A stretch of 64,000 nucleotides of DNA, from the NCBI GenBank assembly GCA_965224195.1, contig OZ245040.1, positions 416,001 through 480,000 on the forward strand. Direction: 5' to 3'. The notes below the pieces were generated by a model. The model was not told where the DNA came from. It searched no databases and saw only the letters and a program-made list of their open reading frames with translations. The DNA is from Nitrosopumilus sp. (lineage in GTDB: Archaea; Thermoproteota; Nitrososphaeria; Nitrososphaerales; Nitrosopumilaceae). Position 1 is the first letter of the stretch. The number at the start of each line of letters is the position of its first letter. Shown in pieces: positions 9,076 to 18,853 of this stretch. The position numbers and the translations under genes were made by a program.

Positions 9076-9723
9076 TTAGAATATGTAGTTTGAATTTGCA
9101 CCATCAAAGTTTATTGTGACTCCTGAAAGATATTTTATCTCATTTTCAATTATTGCTTTAACAAAGTTTCCAATTTCTTCAGGTTCACCTAATCTTTTCA
9201 TAGGTAATGTCTTTTCAAATTCTTGAACATTTTCAATTAATTCTCGAGTTCTATCTGTGTTTATTGGACCTGGTGCAATGTTAACACAACTGATGTTGTT
9301 TTGAGCATATTCTTTGCTTAATACTTTGAAAATCTCAGAAAAGGCTGCACGATATGCTGATGAAATTATCAATTTTGAATTTGGTTCTTTAATTATGCTA
9401 GAACTAATCAAAAAGATGTATCCTCCATCATTAATTTTTATCTTTTGCAAGATTGTAACAAATCCTAAAAATAATTGATTGTGATATAATTTCCAATCCT
9501 CTTCTGTGATGGTATTGAATGGTTTTGGCTCAGGACCTCCTGTGTTTAGAACTAGAATGTCTGTCTGAGTATTTTTTTCCAAGAATTTTTTTACACTATC
9601 TAAATTTGAAGTGTCAATGTCTTTTTTTGATGCTGCAAAAACATCAATTTCTATAGATTTGAGTGCATCACAAATTGCTTTTCCAATTCCTCGTGAACCC
9701 CCAAGAACAATTGCTCTAGTCAT
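9076..9723 (-). CDS. Short-chain dehydrogenase/reductase
   Basis: GGSRGIG, NTGGP, IAPGPINT, PMKRLGEPEE. Confidence 0.85.
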   Translation of the reverse strand: MTRAIVLGGSRGIGKAICDALKSIEIDVFAASKKDIDTSNLDSVKKFLEKNTQTDILVLNTGGPEPKPFNTITEEDWKLYHNQLFLGFVTILQKIKINDGGYIFLISSSIIKEPNSKLIISSAYRAAFSEIFKVLSKEYAQNNISCVNIAPGPINTDRTRELIENVQEFEKTLPMKRLGEPEEIGNFVKAIIENEIKYLSGVTINFDGANSNYIF

Positions 9724-9746
9724 GCTATTCTCTAAAATCTTGACAA

Positions 9747-10007
9747 TTAAATTTCTTTAATTTCTGTTATAATTCCTAATACTGAATCCATCTTAACAAT
9801 TGCCTTTTTCTCATCCCATCCTAATGCAACATACCAATCCCCTGCATCATCATGATATTTTGTTTCCAATGTTTTGATATTATCCGGTTTTATATCATAT
9901 TTTTTTGCAATACCTGAAATGGCAAGTGCAATTGCATCTTTTTCCTTTTCTAGGCGTCTTTTCATTAATCCTATTCCTGGACTCATATTTTTTCTACAAT
10001 GTTTCAT
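9747..10007 (-). CDS. Small hypothetical protein (start probably further downstream)
   Basis: ORF with plausible composition; C-terminal WYVALG..AIVKMDS..G.I is PepSY-like. Confidence 0.6.
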   Translation of the reverse strand: MKHCRKNMSPGIGLMKRRLEKEKDAIALAISGIAKKYDIKPDNIKTLETKYHDDAGDWYVALGWDEKKAIVKMDSVLGIITEIKEI

Positions 10008-10105
10008 CTAATATAGTTAATTCATAAAATTACTCATAACATTGAATTTTTCTAATTTGCATCTTTACAATATTTCAAATAGCTCTATAATATCGTAGAA
10101 ACAAA

Positions 10106-10699
10106 ATGAAACTACTTACAAGACTAACAAATTCTACAATTGTAAAATCAAGTACACTTGTTTCTCTAGTCTCAATTTTAGCAGTTATTGGTCCAATTGT
10201 AATTGTTTCAGCAGGATTTTGGGATGCTATATCTCACCTTCAAAAAGAACCAGAATTTTTCTGGAGTCCATCTCACATTATAGTATACTTTGGAGTATCT
10301 ATGACCACTTGTGCTGCAATTATGGGAATTGTGTTAATAATTAGAAAATCAGTTCATGGTTCTCTTAAAACTGGAATTAAACTAGTCATTGTAGGTTCTG
10401 TTTTACAAATTATTTCAGGCTTTGGAGATTCTTTATCTCATGATCTGTTTGGAATTGATGGATTAATTTCATGGTCACATCAACCACTCGAATTAGGTCT
10501 AGTACTTGCATCATTGGGTGCAGTTTTAATTTTGAAAAATCGAGAACATACTAAACTCAAAATATTTCTTCCTTTCTCAATTGTAGCCTTTATGTTTTTT
10601 AGCACTTGGTTGATTTTTAATTTAGTGTTGTTTTTTGGACATACGATTCAATGTATTCAAATCTATGAGATATTTTCTTCTGGTTGCTCTATTTTGTAA
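10106..10699 (+). CDS. Multi-pass membrane protein with His-containing motifs
   Basis: Several TM segments; WDAISH, FFWSPSH, DSLSH, SWSH motifs. Confidence 0.7.
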   Translation: MKLLTRLTNSTIVKSSTLVSLVSILAVIGPIVIVSAGFWDAISHLQKEPEFFWSPSHIIVYFGVSMTTCAAIMGIVLIIRKSVHGSLKTGIKLVIVGSVLQIISGFGDSLSHDLFGIDGLISWSHQPLELGLVLASLGAVLILKNREHTKLKIFLPFSIVAFMFFSTWLIFNLVLFFGHTIQCIQIYEIFSSGCSIL

Positions 10700-11154
10700 T
10701 TTTTTATTTTCATATATGACATAATCATCATTACTAAAGCACCCACAAGAACCATTATTCCTGATGGAAGCATTTTTTGAGAATTTGTATTTCCAAATTC
10801 TGTTTGTATGTCAATTGAATTTTTTGCAATATTTGTAATCTTTAGAGTATATTCTCCATTTCCATTAAAATCAAAATATCCAACTGACAATTTTGTTTTT
10901 ACCATTTGTTCTGCAATTACATTTTCTTTAGTATCTAATATCTGAACAAACATCTCCTCTCCTGCAAATTCAGGCATGTATAATTTGTAATATCCAATAT
11001 CTATACCAAAAAATCCTGATTTTACTTCAAAAGAGTTTGATTGTTTTAGTACAATTGAATCATATCTTTTTTCAGTTTCATCAAAAATAAATGCCGTCCA
11101 AATCATCCCTACAATTACTAATACTAATCCTAGTTTGAATGGAGATATCTTCAT
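10663..11154 (-). CDS. Membrane-anchored hypothetical protein
   Basis: N- and C-terminal hydrophobic helices flanking a beta-rich domain. Confidence 0.65.
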   Translation of the reverse strand: MKISPFKLGLVLVIVGMIWTAFIFDETEKRYDSIVLKQSNSFEVKSGFFGIDIGYYKLYMPEFAGEEMFVQILDTKENVIAEQMVKTKLSVGYFDFNGNGEYTLKITNIAKNSIDIQTEFGNTNSQKMLPSGIMVLVGALVMMIMSYMKIKNYKIEQPEENIS

Positions 11155-11196
11155 TTCATCATGCAGAGAAATAATTTACTTTATAAGATAATCTAA

Positions 11197-11271
11197 AGGG
11201 CTCGGAGGGCTTCGATCCCTCGACCTAGCGGTTCGAAGCCGCTCGCACTATCCAGACTGTGCAACGAGTCC
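11197..11271 (-). tRNA. tRNA-Arg(TCG)
   Basis: Reverse complement GGACTCG..AGCGG-CTTCGAA-CCGCT..GAGGG-ATCGAAG-CCCTC-CGAGCCC folds as a cloverleaf with anticodon TCG. Confidence 0.9.
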
Positions 11272-11315
11272 AAACAAGTAAGATTTTAACGGGTCTAAAT
11301 ATCTGTCTAGATACT

Positions 11316-12500
11316 TTGAAAGTATCAAAAAAAGTGGTTGGAGTCGAATATGCAATTAGAGATATCGTTCTAGCTGCTAGAAAAGTTGAACAAAAAGGAA
11401 TGAAAGTTGATTATCTCAACATTGGTGACCCCGTACAGTTTGGATTTCAGCCTCCTGATAATGTAAAACAAGCTTTGATTGATGCAATTAACGATGGAAA
11501 TAATTTTTACTCTTCATCTGAAGGTCTTTTAGAATTAAGGCAAGAAATTGCCAAAAAAGAAAATGCCAAGGGACTTTCAATTACAGCTGATGATATTCTA
11601 ATCACAAATGGAGTTTCTGAAGGACTTGATATGGTAATTTCTTCAATAGTTGAGGAAGGTGATGAGGTGTTATTACCTGGACCATACTATCCTCCATATG
11701 CTTCCTATGTTAGATTACACGGCGGAATTCCTGTAGAGTTTGCAGTAGACTTGAATAACTCTACACCAGATATCGAAGATATTAAATCCAAAATTACATC
11801 AAAGACTGTGGCAATTTGTCTAATCAGTCCAAACAATCCTACGGGTGTTGTATTTAATGAAAAAGCACTCAAAGAACTAGTAGATATTGCAAATCAACAC
11901 AATCTCTACGTTATCTGTGATGAGATTTATGATCAAATAGTTTTTGATGATAAATTTGTTGGAATTGGAAGAGTAGCTGGTGATTCACCTGTAATTGTTC
12001 TTAATGGATTCTCCAAAGTCCATCTAATGTCTGGCTGGAGAATTGGATATATCGCATTTAATCAATCTCCTCAACTTGCCGAGTTACGTGAACATTTACC
12101 AAAACTAGCAAGAGTTAGAATTGCAACTAGTCTTCCTGTACAATATGCAGCTTTGGAATCACTTCGTGGGCCTCAGGATTACATTGGTAAATTTGTTTTA
12201 GAAATGAAAAAACATAGAGACTTGGTTGTTAAACGACTAAATGAAATGCCTGGATTATCATGTTCTAATCCAAAAGGTGCATTTTATGCATTTCCAAAAA
12301 TTGAAGATAACAAATTTGGAACTGATAAAGAGTTTGTAACAAAATTATTAGAAGAAAAAGGCGTACTTGCTGTTCATGGTTCTGGATTTGGTGAACAATA
12401 TGGGAGTGGACATTTCAGATTGGTATATTTACCAAGTCTTGAAATTTTAAATTCTGCGATGAATAAAATTGAAGAGTTTGCTAGTAATTCCAAACAGTAA
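11316..12500 (+). CDS. PLP-dependent aminotransferase class I/II (alanine/aspartate aminotransferase-like)
   Basis: LNIGDP, PNNPTG, DEIY, NGFSKVHLMSGWRIG; start moved to TTG 11316 because the longer ORF overlaps the tRNA. Confidence 0.88.
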   Translation: MKVSKKVVGVEYAIRDIVLAARKVEQKGMKVDYLNIGDPVQFGFQPPDNVKQALIDAINDGNNFYSSSEGLLELRQEIAKKENAKGLSITADDILITNGVSEGLDMVISSIVEEGDEVLLPGPYYPPYASYVRLHGGIPVEFAVDLNNSTPDIEDIKSKITSKTVAICLISPNNPTGVVFNEKALKELVDIANQHNLYVICDEIYDQIVFDDKFVGIGRVAGDSPVIVLNGFSKVHLMSGWRIGYIAFNQSPQLAELREHLPKLARVRIATSLPVQYAALESLRGPQDYIGKFVLEMKKHRDLVVKRLNEMPGLSCSNPKGAFYAFPKIEDNKFGTDKEFVTKLLEEKGVLAVHGSGFGEQYGSGHFRLVYLPSLEILNSAMNKIEEFASNSKQ

Positions 12501-12882
12501 ACTTTTCAGGAACAATTTCTATTATACAATCAGTATCATCTAGTAGTTCTTTTGCAGATTTATTCTCCAATGTTTTAAAATATCTTAATAGAATTTTTTT
12601 CGCAATTATTTTGACTTTAGAATTATTTAAAATAAGATTAGCATTTCCTTGTACTAGTACACCGTAAATATTTGGTGCATTAACTCCAACATCTACACAG
12701 CATGAAACTCGTTTGTTTTTTATTACATTTTGTACCTTTTTTGTTTTAGTGTTTGTTCCAATGTAGAATTTTTTTCCACTATATCTATACCAAACAGGCG
12801 CAATATGTGGAGTTTTATTTTTACCAATTGTTGCTAATCGTAATATCTTTTGATCTTTAAGAAATTCATCTCTTTTCTTCAT
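12481..12882 (-). CDS. Pyridoxamine 5'-phosphate oxidase-like (PPOX/F420-binding) protein
   Basis: LRLATIGKNKTPHIAPVWY, K.QNV..N.RVS. Confidence 0.8.
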   Translation of the reverse strand: MKKRDEFLKDQKILRLATIGKNKTPHIAPVWYRYSGKKFYIGTNTKTKKVQNVIKNKRVSCCVDVGVNAPNIYGVLVQGNANLILNNSKVKIIAKKILLRYFKTLENKSAKELLDDTDCIIEIVPEKFTVWNY

Positions 12883-13099
12883 ATTTTCTAAATCCTAATG
12901 CTATCATAAAAATCCCAAAGCCTAACATTGCAACTGATACTTTTTCGTTTGTAAATTCTGCATTAAACAAAAAATCTTCAACAAAATCTATTCCCCATAT
13001 GAGCAATTGCTGTATGAGAACTATTCCTCCCATGACACAAAAAAGCACACCAATTGCAGTAAGCCAATTTTTACCCCGTCTATAATACTCGTGACTCAT
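12866..13099 (-). CDS. Small two-TM membrane protein
   Basis: Two hydrophobic helices; tightly packed between npdG and the PPOX gene. Confidence 0.6.
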   Translation of the reverse strand: MSHEYYRRGKNWLTAIGVLFCVMGGIVLIQQLLIWGIDFVEDFLFNAEFTNEKVSVAMLGFGIFMIALGFRKYEEKR

Positions 13100-13114
13100 G
13101 ATAAATGATAGAAC

Positions 13115-13786
13115 TTAGATAATTTTGATACCTGGATTCTTTATCTTGTTTCTTATCATTGCATTTAGCAACAACGGAGTAGACATTTCTGCAAGATATG
13201 ATAACTCGATTGGTCCCAAGTAAATTGATCTTAATCCTTTGATTTCATCAATCAAACCATTTACTACTGCAACTGATTCTTTATCATCTCCACAAACAAA
13301 GATATCATAATCTAATTCTAGTGTTGGATTGATCAACTTCTTTTCAGAAATTACATGAAATGCAGATACAAGTTTTGATTTATCTTTCATATGTTCTGAA
13401 ACTAGTTTGTATGAAAATGGTTTGTTTTCTTTAATTGAAACACACTCAAATCCAGCATCAGTCTTTGTCATTGGAACAATAGGAGATACAACAATACAAC
13501 TATCCTTAACTTCTGATAATATTCCTGAACATACTGTATCAATATTTTCATATGGAATTGATAAAATCAAAACATCACTTTCTTTTGCAACTGAAACATT
13601 ATCGTTTCCAGTAATTGTTCCTTTAACTTCCCCAAATGCTTCTTTTGCCAAGTTTGTATATTCTACAGCTGATTCAGATGCTCTTGCAGCATCTCTTGAA
13701 CCAATTATTACGTCATTGTTTTGGGACCATCTTAGAGCAAAGCCTTTGCCCATTCCACCAGTTCCACCAATAATTCCAACTTTCAT
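13115..13786 (-). CDS. npdG: NADPH-dependent F420 reductase
   Basis: GIIGGTGGMGKG, IGSR, SAFH, VCGDD motifs. Confidence 0.85.
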   Translation of the reverse strand: MKVGIIGGTGGMGKGFALRWSQNNDVIIGSRDAARASESAVEYTNLAKEAFGEVKGTITGNDNVSVAKESDVLILSIPYENIDTVCSGILSEVKDSCIVVSPIVPMTKTDAGFECVSIKENKPFSYKLVSEHMKDKSKLVSAFHVISEKKLINPTLELDYDIFVCGDDKESVAVVNGLIDEIKGLRSIYLGPIELSYLAEMSTPLLLNAMIRNKIKNPGIKII

Positions 13787-13837
13787 GATAATCTACCTGA
13801 CAATGTTATTATTATCTCTATTTGAAAATCGTTTAAT

Positions 13838-14461
13838 TTGGGACAGATTATCTTCCTTAGACATGGACAGGCAAAAAATAATACTGATAGAATACTAGCT
13901 GGAAGAACAGAAGGTGTCCCATTAACTGATACTGGTATTCAACAAGCAGAACATACTGCTAAATTACTAGAACACATGAATGTCTCAGCAATTTATTCTA
14001 GTCCTATACAAAGAGCAAAACATACTGCAGAAATTGTCGGTAAACATAATTCAATTGATGTAACGATTGATGAGCGATTAATTGAACTTGATATGGGAAA
14101 ATTTACTGGAATGCCATATGATGAGATTTTTACCAGTCATGGTAATGTCTTTATGAAATTTTATAATGGTGAATTAGAAATTGCTCATAACGGAGTAGAA
14201 ACTTTTGATCAAGTCAAAAAACGAGTTTTAGGGATAGTTAATCATGTTACTAAAAAGCATCCTGATGAAAATGTCGTATTAGTAACTCATATGGATCCAA
14301 TCAAGGCGATGCTTTCAACTATAGTAGATTTATCCCCTACCAATCTTTTTGAATTAATCATTGCAAATGCTTCTCTTAACATTTTCAGAGAAAAAGAACA
14401 AAAGTTCTCACTTTCCGGACTTAATGTAATGCATCCGTCTCGATTCGATCAGGGCTGGTAG
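13838..14461 (+). CDS. Histidine phosphatase / phosphoglycerate mutase family
   Basis: LRHGQ, SSPIQRA, E-x-x-x-G, VTH motifs. Confidence 0.88.
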   Translation: MGQIIFLRHGQAKNNTDRILAGRTEGVPLTDTGIQQAEHTAKLLEHMNVSAIYSSPIQRAKHTAEIVGKHNSIDVTIDERLIELDMGKFTGMPYDEIFTSHGNVFMKFYNGELEIAHNGVETFDQVKKRVLGIVNHVTKKHPDENVVLVTHMDPIKAMLSTIVDLSPTNLFELIIANASLNIFREKEQKFSLSGLNVMHPSRFDQGW

Positions 14462-14516
14462 CTAGTAATCTTGAAAACCCTTAAATAGAAATTATAGGTC
14501 ACGTCATTCAATCACT

Positions 14517-14777
14517 ATGAAGAAATTCGTTGGATTATTCTTAGTATTGGCAGTTTTGCTGATAGTCCCAGCTGTAGACTTGGTATTTGCTGCAGGTGAT
14601 GAACCAGGAGAATATCTTGATCGTAGAGTGGTTATTTGGAATTTATTTTATAGATTAATGACTGTAGGATTTACTGTAGGTGCAGTAGTCTCTGGAACAA
14701 TTATTTGGCAAGTTTGGAGATTCAGAGAATCCCATCCAAAAGCAAAACCAACTCCATATGAGGGCACAGACTGGTAA
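14517..14777 (+). CDS. Small membrane subunit of the cytochrome oxidase operon (resembles a detached CoxB N-terminal TM part)
   Basis: First gene of the cox operon; signal-like helix plus TM helix ending WRFR; 2-nt gap to coxB. Confidence 0.6.
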   Translation: MKKFVGLFLVLAVLLIVPAVDLVFAAGDEPGEYLDRRVVIWNLFYRLMTVGFTVGAVVSGTIIWQVWRFRESHPKAKPTPYEGTDW

Positions 14778-14779
14778 TA

Positions 14780-15211
14780 ATGAGTGGACACTCTAACTGG
14801 CCAGAATGGATTTACATCGGTGTTGTAGTAGCTCTTATGGTTTGGGTGGGTGCAGAAGCTTGGGAAGCTGAAAGACTTGTGGAACATGTTCCTGCAGATG
14901 CTGAAACAATTATTGTAACAGGGCAGCAATGGTTCTGGACTTTTGAACATGAAGATGGTACCAAAGAAATTGGAGAACTACATGTTGAAGTAGGAAAGGC
15001 GTATAAATTTGAGATTCATTCCAAAGATGTTATTCACTCTTTTAATATTCATGATTATGTTGTATTGATGGATGCAGTTCCTGGTAGAGTAAACACTGTA
15101 TGGTTTGCTCCAACTGATGCAGGAACTCATGACATTCAATGCAGAGAGTACTGTGGGTTAATTCACTATAATATGCGTGGAACTTTAATTGTGGAGGATC
15201 CAACGGCTTGA
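14780..15211 (+). CDS. coxB: Heme-copper oxidase subunit II (CuA domain)
   Basis: GQQWFW, DVIHSF, CREYCGLIHYNM CuA motif. Confidence 0.92.
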   Translation: MSGHSNWPEWIYIGVVVALMVWVGAEAWEAERLVEHVPADAETIIVTGQQWFWTFEHEDGTKEIGELHVEVGKAYKFEIHSKDVIHSFNIHDYVVLMDAVPGRVNTVWFAPTDAGTHDIQCREYCGLIHYNMRGTLIVEDPTA

Positions 15212-15260
15212 CAACGCTTTTATCACAACTTTCAATGGTTCACACTGAGGAGACTATCTA

Positions 15261-16787
15261 ATGGTTCTAGAATTACAAAAGCCACGTCCAATTTGGCAAA
15301 TAATGTTCTCAACACATCACACTGATGTTGGTTTACTATACCTAATTACATCTCTAGCATTCTTGTTCTTAGGTGGATCCTTGGCACTTGCAATTAGAGC
15401 AGAGTTGTTCTTACCTGGTGCACAAATTATTGGTGATGCAATGACCTTTAACAGAATTTTCACGGTTCACGGTACAACATTAATTTTCTTGTTTATCATT
15501 CCATTTGCATCTGCAGTTGGTAACTACTATGTTCCAATTATGGTCCGATACAAAGACATGGCTTATCCAAAACTTAATGCAATTGCATTTTGGATGATTC
15601 CTCCTGCTGGTGCACTTATCTGGTTAGGATTTGCAGACTTTACTTGGTATGCAACACCACCATATTCTATTATCAGTGCCCCTGGCCCTGCTGCAGACAT
15701 GTGGATATTTGGATTAAAAATTCTGGGCATCTCATCAGTACTTGGTGCAATTAACTTTGTAGTTACAATTCTCAAATGTAAACATCCTGACATGTCAATT
15801 GGTCAGGTTCCATTATTAGCATGGTCTTTCTTATCGTCATCTTTGATTATTCTTGTTGCAATTCCAACATTTGCAGCAGCACTTTTGATGTTGTTAACTG
15901 ACAGACTTGGTGTAAGTGGATTCTTCAATCCTGCAATGGGCGGAGATCCAATTGCTTATGCACACTTGTTCTGGTTTACATTCCATCCTGAAGTGTATGT
16001 ATTGGTAATTCCTGCGATTGGTATGATGTATGAAATCATTCCAAGATTTTCAAGAAAACCAATTTACAGCTACAACTCTGGTGTCTTTGCATTTGTTTTG
16101 TTAGCTATTGTAGGTTTTTCATCATGGGCACACCACATGTATGCAACCGGAATGTCATTTACTGAAAAAACTGTATTTATGGTAGGAACTCTTGCAGCAG
16201 TTCCAGCATCTGCCATGCACGTATTCAACTTTGTTGCAACAATGTGGAATGGTAGAATTAAATTTTCAACCCCAATGATGTGGGCAGTTGGTGGAATTGC
16301 ATTATTCTTCTCTGCAGGTGCAGGCGGTGTTGCAAATGCTGCTATGCCATTAGACTTTACAACACACGATACATACTGGGTAGTTGGCCACTTCCATCTC
16401 TTTGTGATGGGCACAATTGCATTTGGTTCAATTGGTTTCCTATACTACATGTTCCCATATGTAACTGGAAGAATATACAATGAAACAATGGGTAAAGTTC
16501 ACTTTGTAATGTCCTTTGTAGGAACCGTTCTAGTATTCTTTACACAACACGTACTTGGCTTGTATGGAATGCCAAGAAGAATTTTCGATTATCCGCCAAT
16601 CCCAGAATGGATTGCTATGAACCAAATTGCAACAGTTGGTGCCATGATTATTGGTGTCAGTATGGCAATCTTCTTAGTAAACATCATTTACAGTTCCGGA
16701 AAAGGAAAACTTGCAAATATCGAAGACCCATTTGGTGTCGGTGGGAAATACTATTATCCATTTGAGGCAAAGAATCCACATCACTAG
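15261..16787 (+). CDS. coxA: Heme-copper oxidase subunit I
   Basis: FTVHG, WFTFHPEVY, WAHHM, GHFH heme/CuB ligands. Confidence 0.96.
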   Translation: MVLELQKPRPIWQIMFSTHHTDVGLLYLITSLAFLFLGGSLALAIRAELFLPGAQIIGDAMTFNRIFTVHGTTLIFLFIIPFASAVGNYYVPIMVRYKDMAYPKLNAIAFWMIPPAGALIWLGFADFTWYATPPYSIISAPGPAADMWIFGLKILGISSVLGAINFVVTILKCKHPDMSIGQVPLLAWSFLSSSLIILVAIPTFAAALLMLLTDRLGVSGFFNPAMGGDPIAYAHLFWFTFHPEVYVLVIPAIGMMYEIIPRFSRKPIYSYNSGVFAFVLLAIVGFSSWAHHMYATGMSFTEKTVFMVGTLAAVPASAMHVFNFVATMWNGRIKFSTPMMWAVGGIALFFSAGAGGVANAAMPLDFTTHDTYWVVGHFHLFVMGTIAFGSIGFLYYMFPYVTGRIYNETMGKVHFVMSFVGTVLVFFTQHVLGLYGMPRRIFDYPPIPEWIAMNQIATVGAMIIGVSMAIFLVNIIYSSGKGKLANIEDPFGVGGKYYYPFEAKNPHH

Positions 16788-16796
16788 GAGATTAAA

Positions 16797-17795
16797 ATGA
16801 GTAACGAAACTGAACATCCACCAAACGAACCAGCACACCCAGTATACAGGACAACTCCAGCTAGAACTGGAAAGATGATGATAATCATGTTAGGTATCTG
16901 CATTGCTGGTGGAGCAATCTTCTTTGGAATGTGGGATTATTGGATATCAGAACCAGCCCCAGTTGTAGCAATGATGGCAGGTGATTCAGCAACAGCAGGT
17001 CCAGCAGCACACACTGGTGATACCATTACTTCAGATCTTTCGTTTATAGAATCATCCGACTTTAGGACTTATGCATTTAACGCATTGCCTGGAGATCCTA
17101 ATAACAATCCGACAATCAATATGGAAGTTGGTGATAAAGTCATCTTTAATGTAGTCAATGATGGAATAACATTCCATTCATTTGGTGTGACAAAAGCTGA
17201 TGAAGGAGTTTCAGGAATAATTCCTGATTCTGAAATTGCATTAGCCACAAATCCTTTGAAACCAGGAGAAGATGGCTCATCAGAATTTGTTGCTGGTGAA
17301 GAAGGAATTTACTATTACATTTGTACTGTTCCAGGTCACAGAGACCTGGGAATGGTTGGTGAAATTATTGTAGGTGATGTTGCAGTACCTGAACCAGTTG
17401 TTGAGGAAACACCTGAACCAGTTGTTGAGGAAACACCTGAACCAGTTGTTGAGGAAACACCTGAACCAGTTGTTGAGGAAACACCTGAACCAGTTGAATT
17501 TAGCGGTGTAATTTCACTTCCAGAAGGATCTGGTGTACTTGGGTGTGAAGAAACAAATGAATGCTTTATTCCATTTAATGTCTCAGTTTCAGCAGGCGAA
17601 GAAATTACTTGGTCAAATGATGATTCTGCAGCTCATACTGTAACAAGTGGATCACCAGGAGCTTCTGATGGAATCTTTGATAGTAGTTTGTTTTTAGCAG
17701 GTGATACATTCTCTGTAACTCTTGATGAATCTGGTGAATATCCTTACTTTTGTATGGTTCATCCTTGGATGATTGGTAATATCACAGTAAATTAG
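16797..17795 (+). CDS. Membrane-anchored double blue (type-1) copper protein of the cox operon
   Basis: TM anchor; cupredoxin 1 (FHSF..CTVPGHRDLGM), Pro/Glu repeat linker, cupredoxin 2 (AHTV..FCMVHPWM). Confidence 0.88.
   Translation: MSNETEHPPNEPAHPVYRTTPARTGKMMIIMLGICIAGGAIFFGMWDYWISEPAPVVAMMAGDSATAGPAAHTGDTITSDLSFIESSDFRTYAFNALPGDPNNNPTINMEVGDKVIFNVVNDGITFHSFGVTKADEGVSGIIPDSEIALATNPLKPGEDGSSEFVAGEEGIYYYICTVPGHRDLGMVGEIIVGDVAVPEPVVEETPEPVVEETPEPVVEETPEPVVEETPEPVEFSGVISLPEGSGVLGCEETNECFIPFNVSVSAGEEITWSNDDSAAHTVTSGSPGASDGIFDSSLFLAGDTFSVTLDESGEYPYFCMVHPWMIGNITVN
17387..17496 (+). repeat. Perfect 24-bp tandem repeat (about 4.6 copies) encoding PEPVVEET
   Basis: ACCTGAACCAGTTGTTGAGGAAAC x4 plus a 14-nt partial copy. 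Confidence 0.95.
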
Positions 17796-17807
17796 AATCG
17801 AATAATT

Positions 17808-18245
17808 TTGGCAATTCAATACCTCGCATTAACAACATTGATTGTTTTGTATTCGTTGATGTTTATTGGTGGATATATTTCAGCAGCTGGACTTGGATTA
17901 ACTTGTCCTGAATGGCCCTTATGTCCTAATGGAATAATGCCTTCTGAAGAATATCTTGTTGAATGGGTTCACAGAACGACTGCTGCAATCACTGGGGCAT
18001 TGGTAATTGCAACTATGGTTGCTAGTCTAATTAACAAGAATGCAGATTTAAAAATTAAAATTACAAGTTCTCTTGCAACTGGATTAGTAATTACTCAAAT
18101 TACCTTGGGTGCCTTGGTAATTGATACAAAACTTCACGCAGTACTAGTTGCAATCCATTTAGGAATAGGGATTTGGCTATTTGCTATGGTGTTACTAACT
18201 GTATTATTTGCATTTAGAATTTCAAAATCTAAATCAACTACTTAG
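17808..18245 (+). CDS. ctaA: Heme A synthase CtaA/COX15 (short archaeal form)
   Basis: GLTCPEWPLC, EWVHR, QITLG, H-L motifs; follows cox genes. Confidence 0.82.
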   Translation: MAIQYLALTTLIVLYSLMFIGGYISAAGLGLTCPEWPLCPNGIMPSEEYLVEWVHRTTAAITGALVIATMVASLINKNADLKIKITSSLATGLVITQITLGALVIDTKLHAVLVAIHLGIGIWLFAMVLLTVLFAFRISKSKSTT

Positions 18246-18759
18246 ATTTTTTTAAAATTTTTGGTAAATAGATATATAATATTACTCCCACAAATACAAA
18301 TGCACCTGTAGTAATTGCTCCAATGAACACAAATCCGAATGGACTTTGAGTTCCCATGTTAAATGTATAAGTTAGAATTCCGTCTGATCCTTCCATATCA
18401 TACAAATCAACTTTAACTATGTGATTTCCTATGTTTTTCCAAACATACTCCAAATCCAAATGTGCTCCATTTACTAATGTGGGAGGAATTGCATCTACTT
18501 GTTGATCGTTATAATACACTCTGATCCCAATTGTAAAATCATCCACTTCTTCATACTCAAATCCCTGAGTTACCTTGATGAGAAATTGTGATGGCTCGTC
18601 AATTTGTGGAAATTCTGGTGCTGTGGCTACTTGAACTCTATAATCCCCTAATGTCTGCTCAGCAGAATTAAACATCGAATGAGCATATGCAAAATCAAAC
18701 CCTGAATATGATGAAAAAATCAAAACAAAGATCAAGAAAAATAATCGCTTTTTAGCCAT
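18238..18759 (-). CDS. Secreted/membrane-anchored hypothetical protein (possible copper handling)
   Basis: Signal peptide ending AYAH, Ig-like body, C-terminal TM; the copper role is inference from context. Confidence 0.6.
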   Translation of the reverse strand: MAKKRLFFLIFVLIFSSYSGFDFAYAHSMFNSAEQTLGDYRVQVATAPEFPQIDEPSQFLIKVTQGFEYEEVDDFTIGIRVYYNDQQVDAIPPTLVNGAHLDLEYVWKNIGNHIVKVDLYDMEGSDGILTYTFNMGTQSPFGFVFIGAITTGAFVFVGVILYIYLPKILKKSK

Positions 18760-18853
18760 TTAGAATATTATACAAAGTCGATGAATATATTGTAAATCAA
18801 TTCCTCTACGAAAATCTTCAAAACCTTTAAATTCTAATTGGCAAGAAACTCAA

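Noticed and set aside
11259-11315. N-terminal extension of the aminotransferase ORF
   Set aside because: It overlaps tRNA-Arg on the opposite strand; TTG 11316 gives a normal N-terminus
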